Shown here piece by piece: positions 60,728 through 64,000 of a stretch of DNA of 64,000 nucleotides. The notes under the pieces are model-generated. The model searched no databases and was not told the origin of the DNA. It was given only the letters and a program-made list of their open reading frames with translations. The first letter of the stretch is position 1. The number at the start of each line of letters is the position of its first letter. Source of the DNA: an uncultured Verrucomicrobiae bacterium (GTDB lineage Bacteria; Verrucomicrobiota; Verrucomicrobiia; Limisphaerales; AAA164-E04); contig CALSPN010000007.1 in the NCBI GenBank assembly GCA_943788245.1, positions 47,446 to 111,445 on the forward strand. The letters are read 5' to 3'. The position numbers and the translations under genes are program-made.

Positions 60728-61855
60728 CTATCGCTGGTCAATGGGCGTCACAGTCAAGCCCTCTGGACCAATATAATCGCTTTGAGGTCGGATCAAACGG
60801 TTGTCTGCCATTTGCTCCAATACATGTGCTGTCCACCCTGAAGTTCGCGCAATCGCAAAAATAGGGGTAAACAAATCGATAGGTATTTCCAAAGAGTAGT
60901 AAACGCTGGCAGAATAAAAATCCACATTGGCGTGAAGCCCTTTTTCGTTGAGCATGATTTCCGCGATTTTGTCGCTCATCTGAATCCATTTGGGCTCTGC
61001 GATGTGTTCCCCCATCTTGAGAACCATCTTACGCAGTTTCAATGCTCTGGGATCCAGCACTTTGTAAACTCTGTGCCCGATGCCCATGACTTTCTTTTTG
61101 TTTTCTAGACAATCGGCGACAAAGGCGTCCACATTTTCGAGGCTACCTATTTCCTGCAGCATCCGAATGACGGCCTCATTAGCACCACCATGCAAAGGCC
61201 CCTTGAGCGTACCAATCGCACTGGTCACAGCGGAGTAAATGTCAGAAAGGGTTGCGACGGTAACCCTTGAGGCAAACGTGGAAGCGTTCATTCCATGATC
61301 AGCATGGAGAACGTAACACATGTCCAAGGTGTCAACGCTATCTTTCTCAGCTTCCGTGCCACCGTTAATGAGATACAGAAAGTTAGCGGCTTCATTCAAA
61401 TCAGGCCTGGACTCCACCAAGGGTCTTCCCTGGCGGTGGAGATGGAAGTAAGCTGTGACAATGGGGATTTGAGCAATGATCTTTAGAGCTTTTTCCTGAA
61501 GTGATTCCGGAGAGTTGTCCTCGGATGAGGAGTCGAAACATCCAAGAGCAGATATGCCTGTTCTGAGGGCATTCATCGGGACGGTGTCCTTGGGTAAGGA
61601 TTTTATTAAATCTATAACACCTTGGGGTAGTTGACGGTAGCCTACCAGCTTGGTTTTCAAAGCACTCAGCTCAGACTGGTTCGGAAGCTTGCCATAATGC
61701 AATAAATAAACCGTTTCCTCGTAACCTATATTTCCTGCAAGCTCATTGATGTCATAACCCCTGTAAATCAATTCCCCCACATCACCCCGCACATCACTCA
61801 GATATGTTTTGGCGGCTACAATTCCTTCAAGTCCTTTTGTCGCGTCACTACTCAT
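60728..61855 (-). CDS. gltA: Citrate synthase (short type; methylcitrate synthase not excluded)
   Basis: GLEGIVA, HADHGMNASTF, GPLHGGAN, GIGHRVY and NVDFYS. Confidence 0.9.
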   Translation of the reverse strand: MSSDATKGLEGIVAAKTYLSDVRGDVGELIYRGYDINELAGNIGYEETVYLLHYGKLPNQSELSALKTKLVGYRQLPQGVIDLIKSLPKDTVPMNALRTGISALGCFDSSSEDNSPESLQEKALKIIAQIPIVTAYFHLHRQGRPLVESRPDLNEAANFLYLINGGTEAEKDSVDTLDMCYVLHADHGMNASTFASRVTVATLSDIYSAVTSAIGTLKGPLHGGANEAVIRMLQEIGSLENVDAFVADCLENKKKVMGIGHRVYKVLDPRALKLRKMVLKMGEHIAEPKWIQMSDKIAEIMLNEKGLHANVDFYSASVYYSLEIPIDLFTPIFAIARTSGWTAHVLEQMADNRLIRPQSDYIGPEGLTVTPIDQR

Positions 61856-61910
61856 ATTGAATCACTCAATCTGCTCAAATTTTATCTCAACTTACTTTAA
61901 TCCAAGAGAG

Positions 61911-61940
61911 AATCTATGGAAGCAAACGTAGTAGCGTCAA
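61911..61940 (-). promoter_or_regulatory. Putative sigma70 promoter for gltA-sucCD
   Basis: Minus strand TTGACG-N18-TAGATT, about 55 bp upstream of the gltA ATG. Confidence 0.4.
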
Positions 61941-62270
61941 TTTTTTTTGAAAAAATGCTCCAAAAACCATTCAATTTTATCAGTGAATTGACCATGACCA
62001 GTCAAATTAAAAAGAAAATCTGCAAGACAATAGGAGGTTGATTCAATGGAAGAACTACAATACAAGCTACTTAACGACTGGCAGTGTGAGAAACTGTGAC
62101 AAAGCAGCAAACTACTCCAATCCCTAGATGGCGATGCCAAAAAACTGGAAGGACCGGATAAAAACAAGCGGAGGGTGATCAATAGGCTGAATTTTGATGA
62201 AAATTCCCTCCCGTCAATTAAAGGATGCAGCGAAATTAAACAAAAAACAGATCCTTATGGCTATTGAATA

Positions 62271-63031
62271 GTCGATCGCGAAAAAACACCTCTACTCCTG
62301 ACGATCATTAATTTTCATACCAATCAGGACCGATTGAGTATGCGAAAACAAAAGAATGGTTCCATCATTTCTTGAGATTCCACGCCCTCGCTGCCAGTAA
62401 GGGATTGATTTGATCTCCAATGGTTCCTTTGAGGTGACATCTCATCATTCTGAAATCTTTCTCAAGATGACCAATCACTGCTTCTAACGCCGAGCGTCTT
62501 CTAGATCGATGCCTCATCTTTTCCTTTTCAGCCGCAGTAGCATCCTTGTCCGCAGGTTTCGGTGTTAAGATGGTTGTCCCATTAATTTCATCCACTTCTC
62601 GGTAGCCTCTATCTGCGATGGCAACCTTCGGTCTTTGTCTCATGATGGATTCTGCCGGTTCCAACACTTCTGGGGGTGTGTGGCCATCATAAATGTTCTT
62701 TGGATGTGAAACGGCACTTACAATGACTCCACTCTCAGCTGTGATGCCTACTGATGCTTTGCTGCCAAATTCGTATTTTTTGTGTATCTTACCTTTGACT
62801 AGGCAATAGACTTGTGGGTCATGCAGGGAATAGATTTTATTTTTATCCGTGCGCTTTTGAAGAAGCACACGCCAATAAATCATGAGATCCTTCAAGTAGG
62901 CTTTAATCGTTTCCTCTGGCAGTTTTCACCGGAACTTCTGGTTAATAGGCATTTACCAGCTCGTTTTAACGAACCCAAAACTTCAAAAAAACCAATACTT
63001 ATATAAGTAATGGGAGTTCTTCAGGGGCGAC
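62271..63031 (-). mobile_element. Internally deleted IS5-family element with imperfect terminal inverted repeats and TGAATA direct repeats
   Basis: Ends GTCGATCGCGAAAAA (+, 62271) and GTCGCCCCTGAAGAA (-, 63031); TGAATA at 62265-62270 and 63032-63037; contains a transposase fragment. Confidence 0.8.
62365..62925 (-). pseudogene. IS5-family transposase, C-terminal fragment
   Basis: KIYSLHDPQVYCLVKGK..KYEFGSK, YDGHT, ADRGY and RRRSALEAVIGHL; N-terminal half absent, in-frame TGA just upstream of KLPEETIKAY. Confidence 0.88.
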
Positions 63032-63122
63032 TGAATAAAGAAAACAGGTGGTAATGATTCGCAGTTTATTTAAATGTTTAACTTTCTTTGAATTTTGGCC
63101 CTTTTGACCTAGAATTTTCGTT

Positions 63123-63689
63123 ATGTATGGTTTGGTTAATAAAGCAGTTCAGGGTCTGGTAATAGAAAACTACGGCGAAGAAACTTGGGACCAGATAAAG
63201 GAGCGAGCCAATGTCGATGTGGAAATGTTCATTAGTAATGAATCATACAAGGATAGCCTGACTTACGACTTGCTGGTGGCGACTTCGGAAATTGTGAATC
63301 AGCCTGCCTCCGAGTTACTGAGGTTGTTGGGGCATTACTGGATCAATGAGGTTGCAGTGCAACATTATGGAGCAATGATGGACGCAGGCGGAAACAGCTT
63401 TGTTGAATTCATGAAAAACCTGCCTAATTTCCATCGGCGAGTCGCTATGATTTTCCCAAACCTCGAGCCGCCCAGCTTTAGTATTTTAAAGGAAGAAAAG
63501 AACAGTATACATTTGATCTACGAATCAACTCGTGAAGGTCTTGAAATGTTTGTTGTGGGTATTCTCGAAGCGTTAGCCAAGCGCCACAAAATCGAAATAA
63601 AGATCGATCAATGTAAATCCGAAAGCGATCAACCTGTTGAAGGAGTCAGCCAAAGGTTATTTATCATTAGTTGGGAACCGGTTTCATGA
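63123..63689 (+). CDS. H-NOX heme NO-binding protein
   Basis: MYGLVN start, proximal His in LPNFHRRV, PNLEPPSF and YxSxR (YESTR). Confidence 0.93.
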   Translation: MYGLVNKAVQGLVIENYGEETWDQIKERANVDVEMFISNESYKDSLTYDLLVATSEIVNQPASELLRLLGHYWINEVAVQHYGAMMDAGGNSFVEFMKNLPNFHRRVAMIFPNLEPPSFSILKEEKNSIHLIYESTREGLEMFVVGILEALAKRHKIEIKIDQCKSESDQPVEGVSQRLFIISWEPVS

Positions 63690-64000
63690 GCAGTGAATCA
63701 AACATTCCATTCAGCACCCTGGAGAAGCTCTTCCCTTTCTACATTTGGATTAATTCGAATTGCCAAATCATTTCTGTAGGTCGATCCCTGAAGAAATTAC
63801 TACCTCACTCAACGATTGGAATCAATGTAAACAGCCTCTTTATGAAGGAACGAGGAGGGGTTTTGCCCATTGATTTAAGTTCACCGGATTTGGAAAAAAA
63901 GCTGTATCTTCTAAAATCAGTCAGCGAGGATTTGACCCTTCGTGGCCAACTGATCGGAATGCCTGACAGCAGTTTTTTTCTTGCCGCATCTCCTTGGGTG
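63686..64000 (+). CDS. H-NOBA/PAS-domain signalling protein, N-terminus only (runs off the window)
   Basis: Hand translation: MSSESNIPFSTLEKLFPFYIWINSNCQIISVGRSLKKLLP...LTLRGQLIG...FFLAASPWV; ATGA overlap with H-NOX. Confidence 0.8.
   Translation, partial: MSSESNIPFSTLEKLFPFYIWINSNCQIISVGRSLKKLLPHSTIGINVNSLFMKERGGVLPIDLSSPDLEKKLYLLKSVSEDLTLRGQLIGMPDSSFFLAASPWV

Noticed and set aside
61988-62005. TTGAC-N8-GTCAA palindrome upstream of gltA
   Set aside because: Single occurrence; spacing does not match FNR/CRP-type boxes; cannot be assigned.

Overview
Bacterial chromosomal window of moderate GC. Gene content (PVC-type CxxCH dehydrogenase, DUF1592/DUF1552, lipoprotein ankyrins, futalosine-pathway mqnD, folP-cdaA-cdaR) points to a PVC-superphylum organism, probably Verrucomicrobiota; this is inference. 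In order along the window: (1) a minus-strand cluster of exported lactonase, EF-hand/dehydrogenase/cytochrome c fusion and aldose mutarotase; (2) an orphan TAXI-type binding protein next to a DAACS symporter; (3) an approximately 10 kb operon mqnD-DUF58-BatA/vWA-SBP-permease::NHL fusion-vWA/GATase, with neither an ABC ATPase nor a MoxR ATPase; (4) a decayed islet downstream of tRNA-Arg(ACG) holding a probable integrase N-terminal remnant, two tandem Zn-ribbon membrane paralogs, ydhR and a broken ankyrin gene; (5) a MacAB-like exporter, pdxA, c-di-AMP genes, hydrolases, metG, a DUF1592-DUF1552-ankyrin operon, GH31 and gltA-sucC-sucD; (6) an internally deleted IS5 with both ends and a TGAATA direct repeat; (7) an H-NOX/H-NOBA signalling pair at the right edge. 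Six apparent single-base insertions split four otherwise intact genes and look like sequencing or assembly errors. All family calls come from motif recognition by eye; no searches were run.
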